Of a DNA stretch of 64,000 nt, positions 47,992 to 58,417 are shown in pieces (the stretch's first letter is position 1; each line of letters starts with the position of its first letter). The stretch is from an uncultured Eubacterium sp. (GTDB taxonomy: Bacteria > Bacillota > Clostridia > Lachnospirales > Lachnospiraceae): contig CAMEJP010000001.1 in NCBI GenBank assembly GCA_945920185.1, positions 45,320-109,319 of the forward strand, read 5' to 3'. A program made the translations under genes and the position numbers. The notes beneath the pieces were generated by a model that searched no databases, had not been told where the DNA came from, and worked only from the letters and a program-made list of their open reading frames with translations.

Positions 47992-48768
47992 TTATTGGGA
48001 CGGTGTAAACGGATAGTTTTTACTTGTTCCGTCACACGCTTCCAGATTCAGGGTTCCTTTCAGATTTGACAGCTTTTTGCATATTCTTGAATATTCAAAA
48101 ACCTTTTCCGTCAGGTACTCTGCCTGTCCAAGCTTAATCTTAATATCACCCGCTTTCATGACAATATTGTAATCTCTGTCAAATTCTATGGCATCTGCTT
48201 CCAAATGATACTTATCAAGTTGCTGCTTAATCTCCACTACGGCAGACAATACCACATCCGACGGCATATTCATCTTTTGGTGAAGTTCTATGTTTTCAGG
48301 CAGTATTCCTTTAATCTCAGGAACCATGCTGAGAAGCTCTTCTGAACAATCCACGACTATTCCGTCCTTATCAAAATACATATTGCCGTTTTCCGTCTTA
48401 ATATAGCCCATAATTTTCTTTTCGTATACATTTACGGTAATTTTGCCGGGCCATTTTATTTTCACCTCATACGTTTCCACATAAGGGATTTCCGTTTTTT
48501 TCAGATATTTGTCTCGCAGGGCAAATACTATTGTATTGCGAAAATACGGTTTATTAAACAGATATGCTTCTATGGTGGCATCGTCATTCCAGGTATTTCC
48601 CGCATACTCTACTTCCTTTACCTTAAACACGTTTACCACCACAGCTGCGGTCACAACACCTATCAATAAAAGCACCGCCACAATTTTTATTATTCTCTTT
48701 AAAACTATGACAGCCCGCTTACGCCTCTTCTGTCTTTTTATTTTTTTCACTCGTCTGCCTTCAGCCAT
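47992..48768 (-). CDS. ftsQ: Cell division protein FtsQ/DivIB
   Basis: It has a basic N-terminus, one TM helix (IVAVLLLIGVVTAAVVVNVF), and a POTRA-like domain. It lies between murA and ftsZ. Confidence 0.75.
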   Translation of the reverse strand: MAEGRRVKKIKRQKRRKRAVIVLKRIIKIVAVLLLIGVVTAAVVVNVFKVKEVEYAGNTWNDDATIEAYLFNKPYFRNTIVFALRDKYLKKTEIPYVETYEVKIKWPGKITVNVYEKKIMGYIKTENGNMYFDKDGIVVDCSEELLSMVPEIKGILPENIELHQKMNMPSDVVLSAVVEIKQQLDKYHLEADAIEFDRDYNIVMKAGDIKIKLGQAEYLTEKVFEYSRICKKLSNLKGTLNLEACDGTSKNYPFTPSQ

Positions 48769-50009
48769 CTGATTTTCGCACCTAAGCCTTTCAAATCTTT
48801 ACATATATCAACATATCCTCTGTTGATATACGCCGAATTAAGTATTATTGTCTTTCCGTCGGCTGCAAGTCCGGCAATGACAAGTGCAGCCCCCTGCCGC
48901 AAATCGCTGGCAGTAACAGTGGTTCCTTTAAGCGCGGTCACTCCCGTAACCTCCGCCGTATTATTCTCTATTCTGATGTCAGCACCCATACTTACCAGTT
49001 CCTTTACCGCCGTAAATCTGTTTTCAAAAATTTCCTCCCTGATAACGCTTTTTCCGTCAGCCAGAGCAAGCACGCTCATAAGCTGTGACTGCATATCCGT
49101 AGGAAATCCCGGGTATGTACGGGTTCTTACATAATCTATCGGTTTAATCCTCGTGCTGCCCTCAATAACAAGAGTGTCCTTGTACTGCCTTACACCGCAT
49201 CCAAGCTGCAAAGCCCTGTAAACCGTCGATCTCATCCTGTCAAACGGGGCCTTCCTGAGAGCCACATTTCCTCCTGTTATGGCAGCCGCAAATACATATG
49301 TACCTGCCACTATTCTGTCGCTTTCCACTTCATATACCACATCGTGAAGCGACTTAACGCCTGTTATCTTCACCGTATCCGTTCCTATGCCGTTTATTTT
49401 TGCACCCATACCGTTAAGACATTTTAAAAGACTTGTAACCTCCGGCTCTGTGGCTGCATTCTTAATGATTGTGGTGCCTTCTGCATATACCGCAGCCAGC
49501 ACGGCATTCTGTGTCGCTCCAACGCTTCTTTTTGAAAATGTTATTACGTTTCCCGACAATTTGATACGTCTGGCACTTATACCGTAATCAAGTTCCTTAA
49601 CATCTGCTCCGAGTGTCTTTAAGGCAAGTATATGAAGGTCTATGGGACGCATGCCAATCTTACATCCGCCCGGATACGGAATTACCGCTTCACCGCACCT
49701 TCCAAGAAGTGCGCCCATGAGCAGTACGGAAGCTCTCAGCTTTGTAAATAAACTTTCCTTCGGCTCGGTATTATCTATGTTGTATGCATCGATAGCTATG
49801 GTATCGCCGTCTCTTGTAACAAGGCATCCTATATTTCTAAGTATATCTGACATATATTCCACATCAGCGATTACGGGGCAGTTATGTATGACTGTCATCC
49901 CTTTGTTCAGCACCGCAGCCGCCATTATGGGAAGTACCGCATTCTTGGAGCCATGGATTACCACCTCTCCCAAAAGACGCTCTCCGCCCTCAACTTCTAT
50001 TCTTTCCAC
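48747..50009 (-). CDS. murA: UDP-N-acetylglucosamine 1-carboxyvinyltransferase
   Basis: It has EGGERLLGEVVIHGSKNAVLPIMAA and the active-site segment PGGCKIGMRPIDLH. I prefer the GTG start at 50009 (GGTGG 7 nt upstream). The ORF-track TTG is at 50015. Confidence 0.9.
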   Translation of the reverse strand: MERIEVEGGERLLGEVVIHGSKNAVLPIMAAAVLNKGMTVIHNCPVIADVEYMSDILRNIGCLVTRDGDTIAIDAYNIDNTEPKESLFTKLRASVLLMGALLGRCGEAVIPYPGGCKIGMRPIDLHILALKTLGADVKELDYGISARRIKLSGNVITFSKRSVGATQNAVLAAVYAEGTTIIKNAATEPEVTSLLKCLNGMGAKINGIGTDTVKITGVKSLHDVVYEVESDRIVAGTYVFAAAITGGNVALRKAPFDRMRSTVYRALQLGCGVRQYKDTLVIEGSTRIKPIDYVRTRTYPGFPTDMQSQLMSVLALADGKSVIREEIFENRFTAVKELVSMGADIRIENNTAEVTGVTALKGTTVTASDLRQGAALVIAGLAADGKTIILNSAYINRGYVDICKDLKGLGAKIRWLKADE

Positions 50010-50101
50010 TTGCAAACCACCATAGTATAATGTTGATTTATAATATGCAGAAAATGTGGTAATGTTACTGCTTTGTGCAGTTTGGCAATTCGTTTATCAG
50101 A

Positions 50102-51244
50102 CTACTTTTTTATAACTATCTGCTTTGACACATTAAGCACAAGTCCCAGTTCAAACATAAGAAACATTATTGAAGTACCGCCATAGCTTATAAACGGCAG
50201 CGTAACGCCTGTGTTTGGTATGGTATTCGTAACAACCGCTATATTAAGTATAACCTGTATTGCTATATGTGCCATCACACCCACCGTAATCAGAGAGCCA
50301 AAAAGATCAGGAGCATTTGAAGCTATAATCATCAGTCTCCATATCATTACCACAAACACCAATATAACGCATATAGCTCCGAAAAGTCCGAGTTCCTCGC
50401 ATATAATGGCAAATATCATATCATTTTGTGCTTCAGGTATGAAACCCAGCTTCTGGATGCTGTTTCCGAGTCCTTTTCCGAATATTCCTCCCGAACCTAT
50501 GGCATACAGACCCTGAAGTACCTGATAACCTTTATCTGAAGCGTCCTTTTCCGGATCAAGCCAGACCACAATACGTTTTAATCGGAAAGACTTTCCCGCA
50601 GTATCGCTGATATCTATGGATGCAGCGTATTTTATTACTGCAAAGCCTGCCACAAGTACCAAAACTGCCATAATCACAAAAGGTCGGTACTTCGGATGAG
50701 CCACAAATATCATGACAAGTGATATTCCGAGTATTATGATTGCCGTACTCAGGTTATCGTTGAACACAAGGACAAGACCTGAAATTATGGCAGGAAATAC
50801 TATCATAAGCGTCAAAGCTTTGGGATTTCCCACGTTTTTCCCAAGTTTGCATATAAGTATCGCCATAAACACAATAACGGCAACCTTGGCAATCTCTGAA
50901 GGCTGAAGTGACAGAGGTCCTATTGCCACCCATCTCGTCGCGCCATACTTTGACACGCCGAATGGGGTAAGTACCGAAAGTACTGCAACTATGGCAAGAA
51001 GATACCACAATGCGCCCAATTTGTACCATTTGTGATAATCTATCGATACAGCAAACAAAAGTGCCACAATACCCACAATATCGTTAACTATCTGCTTATT
51101 GAGATAAAATGTGGATTTCTGACCGTTTAACTGGGCACTGTACGAGCTTGCACTGTAAAGCATAACAAGACCGAATGCCAGAAGAAATACTATAATCACA
51201 ACCAAAGTATAGTCGAAATAAGAAGTTGTCTGCTTCTTCTTCAT
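50102..51244 (-). CDS. ftsW: SEDS-family peptidoglycan glycosyltransferase FtsW/SpoVE
   Basis: It is a 10-TM SEDS protein (IPEAQNDMIFAIICEELG, TGVTLPFISYGGTS), located next to murD in the dcw cluster. Confidence 0.85.
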   Translation of the reverse strand: MKKKQTTSYFDYTLVVIIVFLLAFGLVMLYSASSYSAQLNGQKSTFYLNKQIVNDIVGIVALLFAVSIDYHKWYKLGALWYLLAIVAVLSVLTPFGVSKYGATRWVAIGPLSLQPSEIAKVAVIVFMAILICKLGKNVGNPKALTLMIVFPAIISGLVLVFNDNLSTAIIILGISLVMIFVAHPKYRPFVIMAVLVLVAGFAVIKYAASIDISDTAGKSFRLKRIVVWLDPEKDASDKGYQVLQGLYAIGSGGIFGKGLGNSIQKLGFIPEAQNDMIFAIICEELGLFGAICVILVFVVMIWRLMIIASNAPDLFGSLITVGVMAHIAIQVILNIAVVTNTIPNTGVTLPFISYGGTSIMFLMFELGLVLNVSKQIVIKK

Positions 51245-51258
51245 ACAACACCAACTTT

Positions 51259-52608
51259 CTATACATTTCCATGCATATTTACATATTCCTTAAAAAGTCT
51301 GCCTCTCTGCTCATATCCCGTGAACATATCCCAGCTTGCACAGGCAGGCGAAAGCAGCACCGCATCTCCGTTAACAGCACATTCAAAGCACAAATCGACA
51401 GCTTCTTTCAAATCATTTGCAAATACATAATCCTTAAATCCGTATTTTTTTGCAGTGTCGGCTATCTTTTCCTTTGTCACTCCAAGAAGCACCAGTTTCT
51501 TGATTTTACCGTTAAATGCAAGAATAAAGTCATCAAATTCAGATTTCTTATCATATCCGCCTGCTATAAGCACCGTAGGCTTAGTCATGGCTTCTATTGC
51601 TTTGATGGATGCATCAGGATTTGTACCCTTTGAATCATTATAGTAGGTAACACCGTTTATCGTATTGACATACTCAATTCTGTGCTCCACTCCTTTAAAA
51701 CCGAGAATGGTATCTATGATAATGTCAACAGGCACTCCCATATTTATGGTAATTGCAACTGCCGCCATAACATTTTCATAATTGTGCGTACCGATAATCT
51801 GCATATCATGCACATTTACAATGCTTATATCCTGCTTTCCGTCCGTATACATAATAACATCGCCGTTCATATAGGCACCGACCTGCGGTTTTATCTTACG
51901 GCTGAAATGCACCACCTTACAGTTATCAGGCGTAAAATCCTTAAGATACTCGTCATCATAATTGACTACGCATACCGAATCACTGCTTTGATTTGAGCAA
52001 ATGCTCTCTTTTACGGCAACATAATTCTCCATAGTTTTATGCCTGTTCAAATGGTCAGGAGTAATATTCAATATCGCACTGATTGCAGGGGCAAACTTAT
52101 GAATGGTCTCCAACTGAAAACTGCTTATCTCAGCCACCGTATAAGAATCCGACGACGTATTAAGCACCTCATTTGTGTATGGATTTCCTATATTTCCAAC
52201 AACAAATGTCTTGTCACGGTACGCTTTCATAATCTCGCCGACAAGCGTCGTGGTGGTCGTCTTGCCGTTTGTTCCGGTAATGGCAATAACCTTTCCCTTT
52301 TCAAAGTTATAGGCAAGTTCTATCTCGCCCCACACAGGCACATTTTTATTCTTATATTCCAACACCAGTTCACTGTCAACAGGTACACCCGGACTTATAA
52401 CCAAAAGCTGTGCGTCATATACAGGCTCCCCGATACGCACCTCTATAGATGTATCCTTCGGAAGCTTTTCATATATATCCTTTGCCAAAAGTTTTTCGTT
52501 TGCGTCATAAAGGATAACTACAGCTCCCGCCTTTTCAAGAAGTGTTGCTGCTCCTACACCGCTTATTCCGGTTCCAACCACAAGTACCTTTTTATTATAT
52601 AAGTCCAT
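51259..52608 (-). CDS. murD: UDP-N-acetylmuramoyl-L-alanine--D-glutamate ligase
   Basis: It has KKVLVVGTGISGVGAA and GTNGKTTTTTL. The start is at ATG 52608 (GGAGA upstream). The ORF-track start is a TTG 4 codons earlier. Confidence 0.9.
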   Translation of the reverse strand: MDLYNKKVLVVGTGISGVGAATLLEKAGAVVILYDANEKLLAKDIYEKLPKDTSIEVRIGEPVYDAQLLVISPGVPVDSELVLEYKNKNVPVWGEIELAYNFEKGKVIAITGTNGKTTTTTLVGEIMKAYRDKTFVVGNIGNPYTNEVLNTSSDSYTVAEISSFQLETIHKFAPAISAILNITPDHLNRHKTMENYVAVKESICSNQSSDSVCVVNYDDEYLKDFTPDNCKVVHFSRKIKPQVGAYMNGDVIMYTDGKQDISIVNVHDMQIIGTHNYENVMAAVAITINMGVPVDIIIDTILGFKGVEHRIEYVNTINGVTYYNDSKGTNPDASIKAIEAMTKPTVLIAGGYDKKSEFDDFILAFNGKIKKLVLLGVTKEKIADTAKKYGFKDYVFANDLKEAVDLCFECAVNGDAVLLSPACASWDMFTGYEQRGRLFKEYVNMHGNV

Positions 52609-52737
52609 CTTAATCTCCAATCTTTATGTCTTAATTCAATAATATTCTAAAGCAATTACCTTAATATGATAATACTAAACTTATTCATTAGCAAGCACAT
52701 TTTAGAGCAAATGTTTTGACCGAAGCGTCAGCCCGTA

Positions 52738-54465
52738 TCACTGTCCGTTTTGGCTTTCTTCTGCCGACGGCTCTATGCCAAGATAGGGCAGAATATTTTC
52801 AAAAAGCTCCTTTACCACCGGAGCAGCAATGGTTCCGCCGTAATACACGCCCACAGGCTCATCTATGATGCACATGGCTATAACCTGAGGATTGTCAGCA
52901 GGTGCAAATCCAATAAAGGCTGCTATATATTTTCCGTTTCCACGGGGAAGCTTTTCTGAAGTTGCCGTCTTGCCACCTATGCTGTAACCTTCTATGTAAG
53001 CTCTGCTTCCTCCACCGTGTGCCACTACTTCTTCAAGAATTCCCTGCATTGTCCTGCTGGTATCATCAGAAATAACGCCTGCAACAGTTTTATAATTCAA
53101 TCTTTCTTCATAGCTGTCTTTTGTCACCTTAACGCCAAAATGCGGTGTAACAAGATTTCCTCCGTTCACAATCATGGCTACTGTCTGCATCATCTTGATA
53201 GGAGTAATCTGAAATGACTGGCCAAACGATATTGTTGCAAGCTCAACCGTTCCTATATTTTCCTTTTTATGCATAATGGTTCCGGCTTCGCCCGATATGT
53301 CTATTCCCGTCTTTTCAAACATGCCGAACGCCTGCATATTGTCATAGAATCGGTCTGTTCCTATCCTAAGTCCCCATTCGATAAAAGCCGGGTTGCAGGA
53401 ATTCATAACTGTCTGTGTAAATGTCTGTGAACCGTGTCCTGTTGTTCTTGCACATCTTATTCTTCTATCCTCTACTATTTTGTATCCCGGACAGTGATAC
53501 GTCAAATCCAATGACAGAATCTTTGTTTCAAGACCTATTGAGGCAGTCACCGTTTTAAAAATGGAACCCGGCTCATATGTATCGTTGATACAGGTATTTC
53601 TCCACATCTGATTGAGCATATCCTGCTTTTCCTTCTCGCTAACCGAACTGTCACATTCTATTTCAAAAGGATTGTTAAGGTCATATTCCGGTGCATTTAC
53701 CATAGCGAATATCTCACCGTTATTAGGGTCCATCACAATAATGGATACTGATTTTGCCTCCTTGGTTTTTAGTGTCTGATTTGCAAGCTGCGTAGCATAT
53801 TCCTGAATATTATAGTCAATGCTTATCCAAAGATCATTTCCGCTTACCGGCTCTTTTCGCTGTTCCGACTCTGAATCAAGCTCTACCCCGTTTGCATCTG
53901 CCATTGTGAGTATCTGCCCGTTAACTCCTTTAAGATATTCCTCGTATTTTACCTCAAGTCCCAGTATTCCCTGATTATCTGCTCCGGTAAATCCGAGTAC
54001 CTTTGATGCGAGATCGTCGTATACATAGTACCTTTTATAGTCCTCGTCTACTTTCACGCCGTCAAGTTTATATGCTCTTATCCTGTCACCCGTTTCCTTG
54101 TCTACATTTGAAGCTATCCTCTCCATACTGGATACCTTTTCAACGCTTTTTCTGACTTTAGCCTCGTCCTTTCCAAGTTCTTCACAAAGGACGCTTATAA
54201 CTCTCTCCGGGTCCTTGACCTGACTGTGTATTACCGAAACCGTACACACGGTTTTATTATCCGCAAGAACCACTCCGTTTCTGTCAAGAATGCGTCCCCT
54301 TGCGGCTTTTATGCTTCTTTCCCTCTGGTGCAAATCATCTGCCATGGCTATGTAATGTTCACAGTCTATTACCATAAGATAAAATATTCGGCCTATAAGA
54401 CCAATAAGCATCGCCACAAATATAAGCGAAAGTGCAAATGTCTTCGCTCTGCTGTATGTTTTCAT
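52738..54465 (-). CDS. Class B penicillin-binding protein (FtsI/SpoVD family), with an atypical KTA box
   Basis: It has an N-terminal TM helix and dimerisation domain, SxxK (GSIFKT), and SxN (NSCNP). The third box reads GGKTATSE rather than KTG. The start is at ATG 54465. Confidence 0.85.
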   Translation of the reverse strand: MKTYSRAKTFALSLIFVAMLIGLIGRIFYLMVIDCEHYIAMADDLHQRERSIKAARGRILDRNGVVLADNKTVCTVSVIHSQVKDPERVISVLCEELGKDEAKVRKSVEKVSSMERIASNVDKETGDRIRAYKLDGVKVDEDYKRYYVYDDLASKVLGFTGADNQGILGLEVKYEEYLKGVNGQILTMADANGVELDSESEQRKEPVSGNDLWISIDYNIQEYATQLANQTLKTKEAKSVSIIVMDPNNGEIFAMVNAPEYDLNNPFEIECDSSVSEKEKQDMLNQMWRNTCINDTYEPGSIFKTVTASIGLETKILSLDLTYHCPGYKIVEDRRIRCARTTGHGSQTFTQTVMNSCNPAFIEWGLRIGTDRFYDNMQAFGMFEKTGIDISGEAGTIMHKKENIGTVELATISFGQSFQITPIKMMQTVAMIVNGGNLVTPHFGVKVTKDSYEERLNYKTVAGVISDDTSRTMQGILEEVVAHGGGSRAYIEGYSIGGKTATSEKLPRGNGKYIAAFIGFAPADNPQVIAMCIIDEPVGVYYGGTIAAPVVKELFENILPYLGIEPSAEESQNGQ

Positions 54466-54544
54466 ATCAACACCCAAATAGCTTTTATATAATTCTATTA
54501 TGAGCGTATGTCAAAATATGTTAGTTTACTCATTTCAAAAGTTC

Positions 54545-56359
54545 TTATTTTGTTTCTACATTCAGATATGGCAGTATTTCTGACATAATCTTGCTTGATA
54601 TTGTCTTAGCTGAAGGTGAGTGCGAAGAGTTTTCTTCGTTTGGTTCATCAACCACCACATATACAACAACCTGAGGATTGTCAAGCGGTGCAAATCCTAT
54701 GAAAGACAGCAGATATTTTTCATCCTCTCTCGGATACTTTTCCGCAGTACCTGTCTTTCCTCCGACTTCATATCCGTTTACCTTCGCAAGCGTAGCTGTT
54801 CCGGCCTCCACAGTATCATAAAGATACTGTCTTAAGGTGTCAGAAGTCTCTTTAGACACAGTCTTTCTAAGGAGGTCCGGCTGTGTCTCTGTAATAAGAC
54901 TTCCATCAGAGTTAAAAACACTCTTCAACAAATATGGTTTATAGTAATTGCCACCGTTTATCAGTGAGCAAAATGCTGTCGATACCTGTATCATCGTTGT
55001 ATTCATATTCTGTCCGAAGGAATTGGTGTACAAATCTACATCGGTCATATTTTTTTCTTCTATCAGAAGTCCAAGTTCTTCTCCCGGAAGGTCTATTCCT
55101 GTTTTTTGTCCGAATCCGAAAATACACTGGTACTTTGAAAGCTGTGCCGCTCCCTCAAGAGCTGCTATCTGCATAAGTGAATCATTACACGAAAACATTA
55201 TGGACTGTTCAAGCGTCAAAAGACCGTGTCCCCATGTTCTGTCGCAATGCACATTGTGTCCGCCAACGGTTTCATATCCGTCACACATAAAGGTTTCATC
55301 GCCTTTAAGTGTTCCCTCGTCAAGTCCGCTTGCTACCGTAAACGGCTTTATGACAGAACCTGGTTCATATATATCGCTGACACAGAAATTACGCCACACA
55401 TCATACATGGCATTAAGCATATCCTCGTCAGACATGGCTGCCAGTTCTTCTGCGGTAAAGAAGCCGGACAAATCTCTGGGATTATTAAGGTCAAATCCCG
55501 GATAATCCACCATGGCATATATTTCACCGGTATTCGGATTCTGTACTATTACTCCTGTTGCCTTTGAGCCATATTCTTCGTTATACTCGGCAACATATTT
55601 TTCGGCAACACTCTGGATAAAATAATCGATAGTAGTTACTATATTGTTTCCGTCAACGGCTTCTTTCTGCTTAGTGACTACCTCCAGTCCTTCGTTCACA
55701 TAGCCTATAACGTACCCGTTAGTACCTGAGAGTATATCATTGTAATACTTTTCAAGTCCCAGCTCTCCCGTGCCTCCGTTTACGGTAAAGCCTATGGTGT
55801 CTGAGGCAAGAGTTCCGAACGGATATACCCTGTCATAATCCTCTTCAAACCACACTCCTGCAATATAAGGATTATTTTTGGCGTCATTCATAAGTTCCTG
55901 AAATTCTTCTATTTCGGAACGTTTGAGTTTAAGAAGGATTCTGTAATATCTGCTGTTTGTATTATTCTGAACATATTCCCTTAAAGCATCTCCATCAACG
56001 TCAAAACATTTCTCCAGTGCCTTAACGGTAGCGTCTATTGACTTTTCTCCTCCGGCATTCATAAGGTGAGCGTCCACTATGAGATTATATACCTTTGGAC
56101 TGTATGCAAGTACGGTGCCGTTTCTGTCAAGAATCTGGCCTCTTACATACGGTATAGTCTTTGTCTGGTAAGACTGATTTTCAAGCACGCTCTTTGCATA
56201 GGTTTTGCCCTTTGTATAATTAATTGAAATCAGTACTGCCGAAAGACCTACCAGGCACAAAGCAACAAAAGCAAAGGCAACAACAAGTTTCCTCTGCATT
56301 AATGTTGTAAATTTTCTATAATTTATTATCTTCTTTCTCTTTCTTCTCTTCTTTGCCAT
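54545..56359 (-). CDS. Class B penicillin-binding protein (FtsI/PBP2B family)
   Basis: It has a basic N-terminus and TM helix, SxxK (GSVIKP), SxN (FSCND), and KTG (GGKTGTAEK). Confidence 0.9.
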   Translation of the reverse strand: MAKKRRKRKKIINYRKFTTLMQRKLVVAFAFVALCLVGLSAVLISINYTKGKTYAKSVLENQSYQTKTIPYVRGQILDRNGTVLAYSPKVYNLIVDAHLMNAGGEKSIDATVKALEKCFDVDGDALREYVQNNTNSRYYRILLKLKRSEIEEFQELMNDAKNNPYIAGVWFEEDYDRVYPFGTLASDTIGFTVNGGTGELGLEKYYNDILSGTNGYVIGYVNEGLEVVTKQKEAVDGNNIVTTIDYFIQSVAEKYVAEYNEEYGSKATGVIVQNPNTGEIYAMVDYPGFDLNNPRDLSGFFTAEELAAMSDEDMLNAMYDVWRNFCVSDIYEPGSVIKPFTVASGLDEGTLKGDETFMCDGYETVGGHNVHCDRTWGHGLLTLEQSIMFSCNDSLMQIAALEGAAQLSKYQCIFGFGQKTGIDLPGEELGLLIEEKNMTDVDLYTNSFGQNMNTTMIQVSTAFCSLINGGNYYKPYLLKSVFNSDGSLITETQPDLLRKTVSKETSDTLRQYLYDTVEAGTATLAKVNGYEVGGKTGTAEKYPREDEKYLLSFIGFAPLDNPQVVVYVVVDEPNEENSSHSPSAKTISSKIMSEILPYLNVETK

Positions 56360-56375
56360 ATACTCACCACTTTAT

Positions 56376-56864
56376 TTACTTTTCTGTAGGTATGTCAGCA
56401 TACTGCTTTACATACTCAAGTGTACCTCTGTCATATGTAATTATCTGACTTGGCTTTGCGCTTCCCATACCGAGTGAAAGTGCTTTGTTATAAAGCTTGT
56501 CATAATCTATATTGCTGTATATTTCTATTTCTCTTATATCGTTGTCCGTAGCCAAATCCGTTATCTGCGTCTGCATTGCTGCAATAGCCTTTTTGTTGGC
56601 ATTGTTCTCAGCCTGCATTGAGAGGAACAGAATGCTTAATACCACTATTGCCACGGCTGCTATTGAAAGTGTAAATATATATCCGACATTCACCTTTTCT
56701 CTTGGCTGTACTGACGGTTTTGCTTCAGGCGCTCTCTTTCTCGGTGATACCGGTCTTATGTCAGGTACTGCCTGAGTATACGTTTTTCTTACGGTATTGC
56801 CGTCAACGTAATACCTTTCTCTGCTTCCATATCTTTCTTTCTTTTCATATCTTCTTTCTGTCAT
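56376..56864 (-). CDS. ftsL: FtsL-like cell division protein
   Basis: It is a bitopic protein with the TM helix YIFTLSIAAVAIVVLSILFL followed by a coiled coil (AIAAMQTQITDLATDNDIREIE). It lies between rsmH and the pbp genes. The start MTERRY is at 56864 (GGAGG 8 nt upstream). Confidence 0.7.
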   Translation of the reverse strand: MTERRYEKKERYGSRERYYVDGNTVRKTYTQAVPDIRPVSPRKRAPEAKPSVQPREKVNVGYIFTLSIAAVAIVVLSILFLSMQAENNANKKAIAAMQTQITDLATDNDIREIEIYSNIDYDKLYNKALSLGMGSAKPSQIITYDRGTLEYVKQYADIPTEK

Positions 56865-56907
56865 AATACAAACCTCCATATTCTGATAACCCAAATCCTT
56901 TCGGGTT

Positions 56908-57849
56908 TTATCTTCGCTCAAACACTCTCAGTTTTGAACTTTTTGACCTTTTATTTTCGCTAATCTCCTGTTCACTCGGAATGATTGGTTTTCTTGTAAT
57001 CACCTTTCCTTTTGAAATTCTGCCGCACACGCACATTGGAAGATTTGGCGGGCAAATACATGGATTCTCATTTGTTCTGAACATATTTTTAACTATCCTG
57101 TCCTCTAATGAATGGAAAGTTATAATACACAGTCTTCCATTTTCATTGAGAAGTTCTATCATACTGTCAATAGAATTTTTCAGGACATCAAGTTCACGGT
57201 TAAGTTCAATCCTTATAGCCTGAAATGTCTTCTTTGAAGGATGTCCGCCTGTTGCCCTTAACTTCATCGGAATAGCTGCTTTTATAATCTCCGTCAGTTC
57301 ATCCGTAGTCTCTATAGGCTTGTCCTTTCTTGCCATACATATGTGCTTGGCAATATTTTTTGCGAACTGTTCTTCTCCGTAATCTCTTATTATTCTGTAA
57401 AGTTCTGTCTCACTGTATTCATTTACTATATTCTTAGCCGTAATGTTGCTTCGCTTGTCCATTCTCATATCAAGCGGGGCATTGTGCATATAGGAAAAGC
57501 CTCTGTCCGCCGTGTCAAGCTGATAAGAAGAAACTCCCAAATCAAGAAGTATTCCGTCCACACGCTCTATGGCAAGATTTTCAAGAACCCTTTTTATGTT
57601 GCAGTAATTATCCCTGACTATGACAGCTCTTCCATCTTTAACATATTCCGACAGCCTTTGCGTAGCTGCCAGGATAGCGTCTTCATCCTGATCTATGCCT
57701 ATAAGCTTTCCCTTATCTGAAAGCCTTTTTACAATCTCTGAAGAATGTCCTGCACCGCCTAATGTTCCGTCAACATATATGCCGTCAGGTTTTATATTCA
57801 GATTTTCAATTACTTCATCCAGCAAAACTGATTTGTGTACAAATTCCAC
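56908..57849 (-). CDS. rsmH: 16S rRNA (cytosine1402-N4)-methyltransferase
   Basis: It has HKSVLLDEV...[12 protein letters not shown]...[14 protein letters not shown]...[10 protein letters not shown]. The start codon is GTG, with GAGGG 6 nt upstream. Confidence 0.95.
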   Translation of the reverse strand: MEFVHKSVLLDEVIENLNIKPDGIYVDGTLGGAGHSSEIVKRLSDKGKLIGIDQDEDAILAATQRLSEYVKDGRAVIVRDNYCNIKRVLENLAIERVDGILLDLGVSSYQLDTADRGFSYMHNAPLDMRMDKRSNITAKNIVNEYSETELYRIIRDYGEEQFAKNIAKHICMARKDKPIETTDELTEIIKAAIPMKLRATGGHPSKKTFQAIRIELNRELDVLKNSIDSMIELLNENGRLCIITFHSLEDRIVKNMFRTNENPCICPPNLPMCVCGRISKGKVITRKPIIPSEQEISENKRSKSSKLRVFERR

Positions 57850-57902
57850 TTAAAACCCTCGGCTTTCCTTTTTCATATGACTCATTCCATACGCATTACA
57901 TT

Positions 57903-58340
57903 CTATATGGTAAAGCCCATATTGCTCATATTTTCAGCAACTTCGTCCATATTGTCATCATATCTTGATACAATTTCTTCCCATTTTGCCTTGTTCCATA
58001 TTTCAATACGGCTTCCGGCACCTGTAAGCACCACATCTTTATCAAGTCCCGCAAATTCTCGCAGAACCTGCGGTATAAGGACACGTCCCTGCTTGTCTAT
58101 CTCTCCGTTTGTAGCTCCTGCAAGAAAGAAACGTACAAACTGTCTGGCATCCTTATTAGTAAGCGGCAAAGTCTGAAGCTTTTCTTCAAACGCCTTCCAC
58201 TCCTCCATGGGGTAGCCAAAAAGACATCCGTCAAGTCCCTTGGTAATCACAAATTCGTCACCAAGCTGTTCTCGTAACTTTGCAGGTACAATGACTCTGC
58301 CCTTTGGGTCGATAGTGTGATTAAATTCTCCCATTAACAT
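57903..58340 (-). CDS. mraZ: Transcriptional regulator MraZ
   Basis: MLMGEFNHTIDPKGRVIVPAKLREQL closely parallels the Bacillus MraZ N-terminus. A second DxxxR-type repeat follows (IDKQGRVLIPQVLRE). The start is at ATG 58340 (AGGTGA 5 nt upstream). Confidence 0.9.
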   Translation of the reverse strand: MLMGEFNHTIDPKGRVIVPAKLREQLGDEFVITKGLDGCLFGYPMEEWKAFEEKLQTLPLTNKDARQFVRFFLAGATNGEIDKQGRVLIPQVLREFAGLDKDVVLTGAGSRIEIWNKAKWEEIVSRYDDNMDEVAENMSNMGFTI

Positions 58341-58417
58341 AGTCATCACCTGCCTAACCTTTTGAATATTAAAAGCGGCAATAAATCATAATCCATACAA
58401 TATGTCTTATGATTTTA

